Positions 8,771 to 17,765 of a stretch of 64,000 bases of DNA are shown here, in pieces (position 1 is the first letter of the stretch; each line of letters opens with the position of its first letter). The notes under the pieces were generated by a model. It was not told where the DNA came from. It made no database searches and was given only the letters and a program-made list of their open reading frames with translations. The position numbers and the translations under genes were made by a program. The stretch covers positions 33,784-97,783 of the forward strand of contig PLYZ01000067.1 of the NCBI GenBank assembly GCA_003151935.1, written 5' to 3'. Source of the DNA: Candidatus Dormiibacterota bacterium (lineage in GTDB: Bacteria; Chloroflexota; Dormibacteria; Dormibacterales; Dormibacteraceae).

Positions 8771-9399
8771 CCGGCGCCGCCCTCTTGCCGCAATCGTTCG
8801 AGGACCTGCTGGAAGGCTTCGTACGGCTGGGCGCCGAGCACCAGGTAGCGCTGCCCAAAAATGTGCGCCGGGATGGCGTTGATTCCGACCGACTCGGCCT
8901 CGGCGCGATTCTTGTCGATCACGAGCGCGTAGCGATCCTCATCGATCGCCTTCCTCAGTTCGGTCGCATCCAGGCCGACTCCAACCCCGATCCGCACGAG
9001 GTCGTCCGTGTCCTCGAGCCGTCCGCTCCCCTCCCAGTGCGCCTTGAACAGCGCTTGGTGCATCGCCTCGAACTTTCCGTGCTCGCGCGCGAACTCCGCG
9101 GCGCCCAGCGCGCGGCGAGAGTTGATGATCACGTCGCGCTGCTGCATGGTGAGGCCGACCTCTGCAGCGATCTCCTCCAGGTGTTTTCGTATCTGTTCAA
9201 AGCGCGCGCCACCGAAATATGCTTCGCGCGGAATTCCCTCGAGAGGAGCCTCGGGGTGAAGCTCGTAGGGCAGCCAGGTCACGTGCACGAGGTTCTCCCG
9301 CTCGAGCTGCTCGACTCGGACCGAGTCGATGTAGCACCAGGGTCAAACGTAGTCGGAGAAAACGATCAGCTCGGCCGGCGCGGGTGGATTCATAGCCAT
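8767..9399 (-). CDS. DsbA/FrnE-like thiol-disulfide oxidoreductase with in-frame TGA (9345-9343) at the first Cys of the CPWC motif; candidate selenoprotein (U-P-W-C)
   Basis: The track ORF 8767..9288 lacks the redox helix. The same frame upstream reads MAMNPPAPAELIVFSDYV-TGA-PWCYIDSVRVEQLERENLVHVTWLPYE.... A hairpin lies 13 nt downstream of the TGA. Confidence 0.7.
9311..9329 (-). promoter_or_regulatory. SECIS-like hairpin downstream of the DsbA-like UGA
   Basis: The minus-strand RNA UCGACUCGG-U-CCGAGUCGA is a perfect palindrome. The stem starts at +14 from the UGA and the apical loop contains G and U. Confidence 0.55.
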
Positions 9400-9481
9400 C
9401 TGGAAACTATCCCTGAACCGGGAGGAGCGGGCGGGCCTGGTGCTCTCCGGCGCCGTCAAGACCCAGGCCCATCCGCAAGAG

Positions 9482-10348
9482 CTAGACTCGGGCCGCCGCC
9501 ACCTGCGCCGCGACCCGCGCGTTGTTGACCACCAGCTCGACGTTCAGATCGACGGATCGCCCTCCTGAGAGCTCCGCCATCCGCGCGAGCAGTCTTGGGG
9601 TGAGCTCCGATCCCGCGACGCCGGCGAGCTCTTGCACGGCGCGCTGAGCCAGCTCTTCCGCGCCGTCGAGCTCTCCGGGCGGTGGGACGGCCACGACGAT
9701 GCCACGCGTGCCCGTGTCCCAGGCGGCTCGCAGCACGCGTGCCGCTTCCTGCGGCCCGTCAACTCGAGCGCTAACCCGGCAGCCGCTGTGCCGCGTGTAG
9801 AACGCGGGGAACTCGTCGCAGCCGTAGCCGAGCACCGGGACGGAGAGGCTCTCCAGCCGCTCGAGCGTGAGCGGGAGGTCCAGCACGATCTTGGCCCCGG
9901 CGCAGAAGACCGCCACCGGCGTTCGACCCAGCTCCAGCAGGTCGGCCGACTGGTCTTCCGGATGCCCGCGGTGGACACCGCCGATTCCGCCGGTGGCAAA
10001 GAAGCGGATCCCGGCCATGGCGGCCGCGCGCATCGTCGCGGCCACCGTTGTCGCACCGACCTCGCCTCTGGCGATGGCCGGCCCGAGATCGCGCGAGCTC
10101 ACCTTGACGGCTCCCGCCGCCACCCGCTCGAGGTCACCGGCGCTCAGCCCGATGCGCAGCTTTCCATCGAGCACGGCCACGCTTGCGGGAACACCACCTT
10201 CCGCCCTTATCGCGGCCTCGCATTCGAACGCGGCTCGCAGGTTGTGCGGCGCCGGCAGGCCCTGCCCGACGATCGACGTCTCGAGAGCGACCACCGGGCG
10301 TCCAGCTGCTATGGCGTCCGCGACCTCTCGCGATATTTCGAGGACCAA
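9482..10348 (-). CDS. psuG: Pseudouridine-5'-phosphate glycosidase
   Basis: EISREVADAIAAGRPVVALETSIVGQGLP... is the IndA/PsuG pattern. TTG 10348 was chosen, just after the psuK stop. The track ORF starts at GTG 10444 inside psuK. Confidence 0.85.
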   Translation of the reverse strand: MVLEISREVADAIAAGRPVVALETSIVGQGLPAPHNLRAAFECEAAIRAEGGVPASVAVLDGKLRIGLSAGDLERVAAGAVKVSSRDLGPAIARGEVGATTVAATMRAAAMAGIRFFATGGIGGVHRGHPEDQSADLLELGRTPVAVFCAGAKIVLDLPLTLERLESLSVPVLGYGCDEFPAFYTRHSGCRVSARVDGPQEAARVLRAAWDTGTRGIVVAVPPPGELDGAEELAQRAVQELAGVAGSELTPRLLARMAELSGGRSVDLNVELVVNNARVAAQVAAARV

Positions 10349-10350
10349 GG

Positions 10351-11190
10351 TCAGCCGGGCCGCCCGCCGGTTCGCGTGACGGCTTCCGAGGCGACGATCA
10401 CCGCTCGCTCGGCCGCTGCCACCGGCGTGGCGCCGCGGAGCCACGCAGAGCAGAAGGCCGCGGCGAACGCGTCACCGGCGCCGGTGACGTCGACGTGCTG
10501 CACCACCGGAGCGGGTATGAGACGCCCGAACACGCTGCAGCCGAGGGAGCCAAGCTTGATCACGGGCACCTGCGCCATGTGCTCGACGGGAATTCCGATC
10601 GCCGCCACCTCCGCCTCTGTGCCGAATAGCAGCTCAGGCTTGAGGCGCGCCAGGTCGTAAGCCATTCTCGTGGGGCCGTATTCCTGCAGGCCGGCGACCG
10701 ATGAAAGGTCGATCGACAGCATTCCGCCGCCGTCGCGAACGAGCGTGATCGCGGCGCGCGTCGCCTGGCCGAGCGGATTCAGGAACAGCGAATAGGCGGG
10801 GACGTGGATCAGCTTCACGCCGTCGAACCAGGCCTCGACCAGGTCGTCCGGGCGCAACCCGACGCTGGCTCCGCGCTGGGTGGCCATGGCGTTCGCACCG
10901 TCGACTCCCACCAGGACAGCGATCGCACCGGTCGGCTCGCCGGCCCAGACCGGGCACACCTCGACGCCTTTGGCCTCGAGGTCTGACACCAGGCGCCTGC
11001 CGCGATCATCGTCTCCGACCCTCGTGACCAGGCGCACCGGCTCTCCCAGCGCGGCGGCCCAGGCGCAGAAGTTGGCCGCCTGGCCTCCACCGCCGACTCC
11101 TATCTTTGCCGATCGATCATCGTCAGGCCGCAGCGGGCCGTCGGGGACGATCGTGATGTCGAGGAGCAGGTCTCCGATGGAGAGAATCAT
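10351..11190 (-). CDS. psuK: PfkB-family sugar/nucleoside kinase (pseudouridine kinase-like)
   Basis: GGGGQAANFC...DVTGAGDAFAAAF motifs of ribokinase-like kinases. It lies directly upstream of psuG. Confidence 0.75.
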   Translation of the reverse strand: MILSIGDLLLDITIVPDGPLRPDDDRSAKIGVGGGGQAANFCAWAAALGEPVRLVTRVGDDDRGRRLVSDLEAKGVEVCPVWAGEPTGAIAVLVGVDGANAMATQRGASVGLRPDDLVEAWFDGVKLIHVPAYSLFLNPLGQATRAAITLVRDGGGMLSIDLSSVAGLQEYGPTRMAYDLARLKPELLFGTEAEVAAIGIPVEHMAQVPVIKLGSLGCSVFGRLIPAPVVQHVDVTGAGDAFAAAFCSAWLRGATPVAAAERAVIVASEAVTRTGGRPG

Positions 11191-11238
11191 TCGGCAACGA
11201 GGATAGCTGCGGCGCGCGAGCGGCTGCCGCGAGATGCT

Positions 11239-11802
11239 TCAGCCGGAGTGGACCTTGAAGATCAGCGCGTAGCCCTTGCCTGATTTGTTCACCACGTGGG
11301 CGCCCGCATCCAGCTCTTTCAACTTCTTCCGCACGCGGCTGATGTACGTGCGGAGCGATTCCTCAGGGAGCCGGTCGTCGTGCCACGTTTCCACCAACAG
11401 CTGCTGTGCCGAGAAGTACTTTTCGGGTCGGCTCATCAGCTTGGCCAGGATCTGAAACTCGCGTTTGGTCAGCGTGACCGAGCTCTCGCGGTAGGTGAGG
11501 GTCCTGGTCTTGGAGTCGATCGCGATCTCCTCCAGCTCGAGCTGCCGCTGGACCCAGTAACCCAGGCGCCTCCGATACCTCTTGAGCTGCAAGTCGATCA
11601 GCGTGATGTCATCGTTGAGGTCTGTTTTGGCCGCCGCGGAGACATGCATGAGGTCGCCGGTCACGCGCTGCAACAGGTCTTCCTTGAAGGCGATCATCTC
11701 CCGGTAGACGCTGATCCAGTGCCTTGTGTCCTGAGGCCTCAACGACTCCGGATCTTCGCCTTCGAGCAGGCGGTCGCGTTTAGGCCGCGCTTGGGGCACC
11801 AA
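11239..11802 (-). CDS. OmpR/PhoB-type winged-helix DNA-binding protein lacking a receiver domain
   Basis: The C-terminus LTKREFQILAKLMSRPEKYFSAQQLLVETWHDDRLPEESLRTYISRVRKKLKE...GKGYAL is a Trans_reg_C domain. The N-terminal ~95 aa are helical and charged, with no D-box/REC motifs. Confidence 0.7.
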   Translation of the reverse strand: MVPQARPKRDRLLEGEDPESLRPQDTRHWISVYREMIAFKEDLLQRVTGDLMHVSAAAKTDLNDDITLIDLQLKRYRRRLGYWVQRQLELEEIAIDSKTRTLTYRESSVTLTKREFQILAKLMSRPEKYFSAQQLLVETWHDDRLPEESLRTYISRVRKKLKELDAGAHVVNKSGKGYALIFKVHSG

Positions 11803-11900
11803 CCGATCCTACGCTTCGAATTGGTGCTGAAATTAGTGCGGAATGCCGCCAGAGCGTGGCTCCAGGCAAGGCGCCTTGAGCCAGAGCAAGCGTGTAAGGC

Positions 11901-12815
11901 TCAGCGCGGCATTGCGGGTGTGAGGAGACCCCACGCCTCCAACCGATCCCGGAGTTTGGCTTCGGACCGGTCGTCGAGCGGCTGAACCGGTGCGGCGCAC
12001 CAGGGCTCGCAGATTGCCTGCACGTGACAGGCGGCCTTGATCGCTGCAGGGAAGACGCCACCGCGCAGGAGCATCACCAGCTCGTACAGCCGGTCCTGGC
12101 CGTCGCGTGCAGCGACGAGGTCGCCGCTTTGGAAAGCCTCGAAGAGGCGAACGATCCAGCGAGGTGCCACGTTGGCCGCGCCGCAGATGGTGCCCGCGCC
12201 GCCCATGACGAGCGACGGCAGCAGCATGGTGTCGCTGCCTGTGAAGATGCGGAACGCGGGCATGTCTCGGGTGGCGAGGGCGACCGCCTCGAAATACTCG
12301 AAGTCCCGGCTCGAATCCTTTATGCCCGCGATGGTTCCCTCGCCGGCGAGGGTGGCCACCGTCGTGGGCTGCGCCACCACCTTCGTGTACTGCGGGATGT
12401 TGTAAAGCAGGATCGGGATCGGGCTGTTCCTCGCCACCTGCCGGTAGAAGGCGAGCAGGGTTGCCTGGTCGATGAGGTAATAGAAGGGAGGAGCGACCAG
12501 CGCGGCCGCCGCGCCGAGGCGTCCCGCCGCCTCCACCTCGATGCGCGCCGCCGAGAGGTGGCTCTGCGCCACCCCGCAGATCACGGGGACGCGCCCGTCA
12601 GCAGCCGCCACGACGCTCGAGAGAAGCGCTCGCCGCTCGGTTTCATCGAGCGAGGCGGTCTCGCCGGTCGATCCAAGCGCCAGGAGTCCATGGACACCGC
12701 CCTGGATCACGTGATCGACCAGGCGCCCCACTGCGGGCTCATCCACCTTCCCATCGCTCCGCAGGGGCGTGATGAGCGCCGGCAGCACCCCAGTCAGCTT
12801 TTCGACCTTGAACAT
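11901..12815 (-). CDS. Dihydrodipicolinate synthase-family (DapA/NAL-type) lyase
   Basis: GVLPALITPL...GVHGLLALGSTGE...PILLYNIP pattern of the DHDPS family. The specific substrate cannot be told from the sequence. Confidence 0.8.
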   Translation of the reverse strand: MFKVEKLTGVLPALITPLRSDGKVDEPAVGRLVDHVIQGGVHGLLALGSTGETASLDETERRALLSSVVAAADGRVPVICGVAQSHLSAARIEVEAAGRLGAAAALVAPPFYYLIDQATLLAFYRQVARNSPIPILLYNIPQYTKVVAQPTTVATLAGEGTIAGIKDSSRDFEYFEAVALATRDMPAFRIFTGSDTMLLPSLVMGGAGTICGAANVAPRWIVRLFEAFQSGDLVAARDGQDRLYELVMLLRGGVFPAAIKAACHVQAICEPWCAAPVQPLDDRSEAKLRDRLEAWGLLTPAMPR

Positions 12816-12826
12816 TTCAGGTAAGG

Positions 12827-13633
12827 CTAACCGGCCGCTCGGCTGTGTTCAGCGATACGGACCACCAGGTCGCGCTGCTCGGGCGTGAAGAACGGCACAT
12901 CGCCCGCCGAAGCGTTCTCGCGGACGTGGTCTTCCTGCTGGGTTGCGGTGAGGACGGCGCTCACCCGCGGGTCGCTTGCGACCCACTTCAGGACCGCCTG
13001 AGCCCAGGTGCTCACCCCAAGCTCCTCGAGCTGCGCAGGCGACGGACGGCGGTCGAGGATGCCGTGCTGTAGGGGGCTCATGACCAGGACCCCCAGGCCC
13101 ATCGATTCCGCCAGCGGCAGCAGCTCCCGCTCCGCGGTCCGGCGCAGCGGGTTGTAGGGGATCTGCACCATGTCCAGGCGCTTGGTCTTCATCAGGGCGG
13201 CCAGGTCTCGAAATGCCGACTCCTGATAGTGGGTGGCGCCCACCGCCCGCACCTTTCCCTCGCGTTTCAGGCGTTCGAGCAGAGCGAGCTGCACCGGCAC
13301 GTTGAGAAGGTTGTGAACCTGGTAGATGTCGACATGGCCGAACAGGCGTAAGGCGTGATCAGCCTGCCGCTCGCCCTCTTCGGCGCCGGCGGTCCAGATC
13401 TTGGTCGCCACAACCACGCGCTCGCGGACGCCCTCGAGCGCTCGAGAGAGGGTGGTCTCAGCTCGACCGTACATGGGCGACGAATCGAACAGATCGATGC
13501 CGGACTCGATCGCGAGCTCGACCAGCGGACGGCGGTCCTCGTCGGTATCGAACGTGCGCCAGGTCCCCATGCCGATGGCGGGGACTTCGATCGACGTGCG
13601 GCCAAGAAGGCGGCTAAGTCGGCGGCGGTCCAT
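12827..13633 (-). CDS. Aldo/keto reductase
   Basis: IGMGTWRTFD...DLFDSSPMYGRAE...ATKIW...YQVHN pattern of AKR proteins. Confidence 0.85.
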   Translation of the reverse strand: MDRRRLSRLLGRTSIEVPAIGMGTWRTFDTDEDRRPLVELAIESGIDLFDSSPMYGRAETTLSRALEGVRERVVVATKIWTAGAEEGERQADHALRLFGHVDIYQVHNLLNVPVQLALLERLKREGKVRAVGATHYQESAFRDLAALMKTKRLDMVQIPYNPLRRTAERELLPLAESMGLGVLVMSPLQHGILDRRPSPAQLEELGVSTWAQAVLKWVASDPRVSAVLTATQQEDHVRENASAGDVPFFTPEQRDLVVRIAEHSRAAG

Positions 13634-13668
13634 CCTCAGACCTTAGCGACAACTAGCATTTACGCCAC

Positions 13669-14355
13669 ATGACGCTGATGGCAAAGCTTGTAACGGAGCT
13701 GGTCGGCTCTTTCGTTTTCATGACCGTGATCGCACTATCCGGCGGGATCGGTTCGCTCGCCCCGCTCGCGATCGGGCTTGCCCTGACAGCGATGGTCTAC
13801 ATGGGCGGGCATGTGTCGGGCGCCCACTACAACCCGGCGGTCTCGTTAGGGCTGTTCTTACGCAAGGTCATAGACGCACGGACGATGGCGGCCTACTGGG
13901 GCGCGCAAATTCTTGCTGCGTTGCTCGCCTTCACGTTCGCCTACCTGCTCACCGGTCGGGCCGCGGGCGTCCACCCGGGTTCAGGTGTCTCATGGCTCTC
14001 TGCCCTGGCCGCCGAGGTCGTATTCACGGCCGCACTCGTCACCGTGATCTTCAACGTCGCCGCGACACGCGCCACGGCCGGCAATTCCTTCTACGGGATT
14101 GCGATTGGCTTCACCGTGGCTGCCGGCGCGTTTGCAGTGGGACCAATCTCCGGCGCGGCATTCAATCCAGCGGTCGGCATCGGGAGCACCTTGGTCGGTG
14201 TGGTCGCCGGCCACGGTTCGTGGGCAGACCTCTGGCTGTACATCGTGGGACCGCTGGCCGGAGCTGCGTTGGGCGCGGGCATCCACGCGATCCAGACGCC
14301 CGCCGAGCCGGTCACCCCGGAGAGTTCGGAGAGGCGCCTGGACTCGGCCGTCTGA
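13669..14355 (+). CDS. MIP-family channel (aquaporin/glycerol facilitator)
   Basis: Two NPA boxes (GAHYNPAVS and GAAFNPAVG) and six hydrophobic segments. Confidence 0.9.
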   Translation: MTLMAKLVTELVGSFVFMTVIALSGGIGSLAPLAIGLALTAMVYMGGHVSGAHYNPAVSLGLFLRKVIDARTMAAYWGAQILAALLAFTFAYLLTGRAAGVHPGSGVSWLSALAAEVVFTAALVTVIFNVAATRATAGNSFYGIAIGFTVAAGAFAVGPISGAAFNPAVGIGSTLVGVVAGHGSWADLWLYIVGPLAGAALGAGIHAIQTPAEPVTPESSERRLDSAV

Positions 14356-14364
14356 CCGCCGCCT

Positions 14365-15249
14365 CTAGCCCGCGGAGGCCACGAACCGGTTGCGCAGAAG
14401 GCCTATACCCCGAACCTCCGTCTCCATGACGTCGCCCGGCTTGAGGAACTCAGGCGGAGTGCGGGCGAAGCCCACTCCATCCGGCGTTCCGGTTGCGATG
14501 AGCGTGCCGGGCAAGAGGGTCATGCCCTTGGACACCCATTCGATGATCGCGTCGACGGGGTAGATCATGTCGCGGGTGTCACCTTCCTGCTTCACGGTGC
14601 CGTTGACCCGAAGAAAGAGCTTGAGCGCCTGCGGGTCTTCCACCTCGTCTCTTGTCACCACCCACGGACCGGTCGGGCAGGAACGGTCGAGGCTCTTGCC
14701 CTTGAAGTACTGGCCGCCCCATCCGCTCTGGATGTCGCGCGCGGTGACGTCGTTCAGAACGGTGTAGCCGAAGACGTGATCCAGCGCACGCGCGCGCTTG
14801 ATGTTCGCTCCGGGCTTGCCGATGACGACGGCGAGCTCAACCTCCCAGTCGATCTTGTCGCTGATGCTCGGGTCGATCGCGATCTCGGCGAATGGCTCCG
14901 TCAGCGACGTGATGGCCTTGGTGAAGATGGTGGGCGGGGCGGGCTCGCGGCCGTCCATGAATGCGGTTTCCTCGGCATGCTTCTGGTAGTTGCGTCCGAT
15001 CGCGATCACGTTGCCTCGCGGATCATCGAGTGGCGCCAGGAGCTCGAGGTCCGCGAGCCGGTGGGATTTCGAGTGGGAAGAGGACAGCGCGGCTCGGACG
15101 CGGGCCAGGCCCTCGTCACCCGCGTCGATCAGCGCCCGCATGTCCGCGGGCTCCCTGAGCTCCACGACCTCGTCGTTTTCATCGTTACTTCCCGGCCGCA
15201 ACGCGCCCAATCTGCGATCACCGCCGGCTTTGAACATCAGAAGTCTCAT
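14365..15249 (-). CDS. Fumarylacetoacetate hydrolase-family protein
   Basis: C-terminal FAH-domain pattern (GRNY..H..E...PPTIFTK...WEVELAVVIG...GYTVLNDVTARD...GTP.GVG). The start overlaps the livF-like stop. Confidence 0.85.
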   Translation of the reverse strand: MRLLMFKAGGDRRLGALRPGSNDENDEVVELREPADMRALIDAGDEGLARVRAALSSSHSKSHRLADLELLAPLDDPRGNVIAIGRNYQKHAEETAFMDGREPAPPTIFTKAITSLTEPFAEIAIDPSISDKIDWEVELAVVIGKPGANIKRARALDHVFGYTVLNDVTARDIQSGWGGQYFKGKSLDRSCPTGPWVVTRDEVEDPQALKLFLRVNGTVKQEGDTRDMIYPVDAIIEWVSKGMTLLPGTLIATGTPDGVGFARTPPEFLKPGDVMETEVRGIGLLRNRFVASAG

Positions 15250-16052
15250 CTCTTGTCGTCATCCTCCTCTGGCGAAGCCGGGGTGCTGGTCCCGGCTCCT
15301 AAAAACAGCTCCTCAAAGTCCTCACGCCTGAGGAGCTCGTCCGGGCGTCCTTCCAGCCTGGTCTGCCCGGAGACCAGGACGCTTGTCCAGTCGGCGATCT
15401 GCAGGGCCGCCCGCGCCCGCTGCTCAACCAACAACACCGCTTTGCCTATGCTCGCCAGCCGCTTCACGTGCTCGGTCAGCAGGGCGTCGGCGAGCTTCGG
15501 CGACAGGTTCGCCGTGGGCTCGTCGAGGATCAAGACCTTGGGGTCCAGCATCAGGACGCGGGCGATGGCCAGCATCTTCCGTTCGCCACCGCTCAGCTTG
15601 TCCGCGCGCCGCTTGAGCATGGGAGGCAGCTGCGGAAACACGTCTCCGACCTCTGCGACCCGTGTTCGGACCTGTGCGGAGGTGAGCAGGTATCCGCCCA
15701 TCTCCAGGTTCTCCAGCACGGTCAGAGGCTCGAAGATGTCGTTGACCTGCGGCACATATCCGACGCCGCGCTTGGCCAGGTCTTCGGGCGGGTGATTGGT
15801 GACGTCGTCCTCGCCCAGCAGAACCCTGCCGCCGGTCACCCTCAGGATGCCGACCAGGCTTTTCAGTAGGGTGCTCTTGCCAGCGCCGTTGGGTCCGATG
15901 ATCGCGACGATCTCCTTCGGCCCGACCGAGATCGACACGTCGCGTATGACGGGCACGCCGCCGTAGCCCGAGGTGACGTGCTCGGCTCGAAGGCTTGGTG
16001 CCGGCCGGCCCTCCACGCGCTGCTGGCTATCCAACGAGGTAAGCGTCAACAA
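15246..16052 (-). CDS. livF: HAAT-family (Liv-type) ABC transporter ATP-binding protein
   Basis: Walker A GPNGAGKST, signature LSGGERKM and Walker B LILDEP. Has a C-terminal acidic tail. The start may be slightly downstream, because the current one overlaps livG by 26 nt. Confidence 0.85.
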   Translation of the reverse strand: MLTLTSLDSQQRVEGRPAPSLRAEHVTSGYGGVPVIRDVSISVGPKEIVAIIGPNGAGKSTLLKSLVGILRVTGGRVLLGEDDVTNHPPEDLAKRGVGYVPQVNDIFEPLTVLENLEMGGYLLTSAQVRTRVAEVGDVFPQLPPMLKRRADKLSGGERKMLAIARVLMLDPKVLILDEPTANLSPKLADALLTEHVKRLASIGKAVLLVEQRARAALQIADWTSVLVSGQTRLEGRPDELLRREDFEELFLGAGTSTPASPEEDDDKR

Positions 16053-16800
16053 TCTCCTGCTGCTTCCTGAGGCTCGACATGGTCCCGCTGCCGATGACCT
16101 TGCCCTGTGCCATCACGACCACCGTGTCGCACAGCCGCTCGACCATGTGCAGCTCGTGCTCGACCATCAGGATCGTCAGGCCTTCGTGGCGCAGGTCCTG
16201 GAGGTAGTACTGAATCTCCTGCACGATCTTCGGATGCACGCCAGACATAGGCTCGTCGAGCAGGAGGAGCCGTGGCTGCAGCATCAAGGCACGCATGATC
16301 TCGATCAGGCGCTTCTGGCCGCCGCTCATCGTGCCGGCGTAGTCCGACTCCTTCGCCGACATGCCGAAGCGCTTGAGCAAGGCTCGTGCCTGCTGGACCA
16401 GCTTGCGCTCGTCCTCGATCCAGTAGCGCTTTCCCATGAGGGCTCCAAACAGCGAGTCGCCTCGGTTGTGCTGCGCAGCCACGAGCAGGTTCTCGAGCAC
16501 GGTCAGCCGCGCGAATTCGGAGGGCAGCTGGAACGTGCGGACGAGGCCGAGCCGCGCCCGCCTATAGGCGGGGAGCCGGGTAATGTCCTTGCCGTCGAAC
16601 ACGATCGTTCCGCTGCTGGTCGGCAGCGTGCCCGCAATGACGGCCATGAAGGTGGATTTACCGGCGCCGTTCGGCCCGATCAAGCCGGTGATCTTTCCGG
16701 GCGCGACTTCGATCGAGACTCCGTCCACTGCGTGCATGCCCTCGAAGTGTCGGTGGATGTCGGTGGCCACGAGCATCGGCTGGTCGGACCGAGGCGTCAT
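16027..16800 (-). CDS. livG: HAAT-family (Liv-type) ABC transporter ATP-binding protein
   Basis: GPNGAGKSTF, MSGGQKRLIEI and LLLLDEP motifs. ATG 16800 (MTPRSDQPMLVATD...) was chosen. The upstream 163 codons of the track ORF lie inside livM. Confidence 0.9.
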   Translation of the reverse strand: MTPRSDQPMLVATDIHRHFEGMHAVDGVSIEVAPGKITGLIGPNGAGKSTFMAVIAGTLPTSSGTIVFDGKDITRLPAYRRARLGLVRTFQLPSEFARLTVLENLLVAAQHNRGDSLFGALMGKRYWIEDERKLVQQARALLKRFGMSAKESDYAGTMSGGQKRLIEIMRALMLQPRLLLLDEPMSGVHPKIVQEIQYYLQDLRHEGLTILMVEHELHMVERLCDTVVVMAQGKVIGSGTMSSLRKQQEIVDAYLVG

Positions 16801-16808
16801 TGGGGAGC

Positions 16809-17765
16809 TCAATCCGGGGCGCCCTCGAAGACCCTGCGCGGCTCCGGCCGCACGCCCTCGGGCCTGAACCAGAGGAAGCCGATGATGAGCAGGCCAATCG
16901 CGACCCACTGCAGCGCCGGAATCAGGCCGGGCGGGCCGATCGAACTTGGAATGAACCTCGTGACCTCCTCGAAGCCGACCGGGACGAGCAACGCGCCGAG
17001 GACAGCGCCCAGGTTGTTGCCGCGCCCACCCACGATTACGGCGGCGAACAGGATGATCGTCTCGGGGTAGAGCCATACCGAGGGCGCCCAAAACGTGATG
17101 TAGCCAGTCAAGATGCCGCCGGACAAACCGGCGATGACCCCGCCGACGATGAAGATCGTCATCTTCAGGGCGACCGGGTTCTTGCCGATCGCCGTGGCGG
17201 CGACCTCGTGCTCGCGCATGGCCCGCAGGGTGCGGCCGTACGGCGAGTTGACTATCCGAAAGGCGACAAGAGCGACCAGCGCGGTGCATATAGCGGTCAG
17301 GCCCACGTAGAAGTACCCGTAGGTAGCAGGGTCGAACAGGTCAGCTAGAGGAGCTGGCACCAGTGCAAGACCGGCGGCGCCGTTAAGGAATGGGCGCGCA
17401 TTCGTGATCACCGTGTTTGCGATCACGGACAGCACCAGGAGAGCGATCGCCTGATAGTCGCTGCGCAATTTTCGGAGTACGACAAATCCAACCGGCACCG
17501 CCAGGAGGCCGCCGGCGATCGCGCCTCCGATCCACGGGATCGGGAAGGGAAGCTGCAGTCCGCCGACATAGATCTGAAACGAATAGTCGGGAGCTGTGTC
17601 GGGGGGCATCGAAAGCACAGCAGCTGTGTAGGCGCCCACCGCCTGGAAGACGATGAAGCTGAAGTTCACGATCCCAGCCACGCCGAACTGCAGGTTGAGC
17701 GCGAGGCAGGCGATGATGTCGACACCCGCGTAGATCAGCAGGTTGATGGCGTAGTAGGAGTTCAT
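16809..17765 (-). CDS. livM: Branched-chain-amino-acid-type ABC permease
   Basis: 318-aa polytopic protein with the LivM/BPD_transp_2 pattern, overlapping livH by 4 nt. Confidence 0.85.
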   Translation of the reverse strand: MNSYYAINLLIYAGVDIIACLALNLQFGVAGIVNFSFIVFQAVGAYTAAVLSMPPDTAPDYSFQIYVGGLQLPFPIPWIGGAIAGGLLAVPVGFVVLRKLRSDYQAIALLVLSVIANTVITNARPFLNGAAGLALVPAPLADLFDPATYGYFYVGLTAICTALVALVAFRIVNSPYGRTLRAMREHEVAATAIGKNPVALKMTIFIVGGVIAGLSGGILTGYITFWAPSVWLYPETIILFAAVIVGGRGNNLGAVLGALLVPVGFEEVTRFIPSSIGPPGLIPALQWVAIGLLIIGFLWFRPEGVRPEPRRVFEGAPD

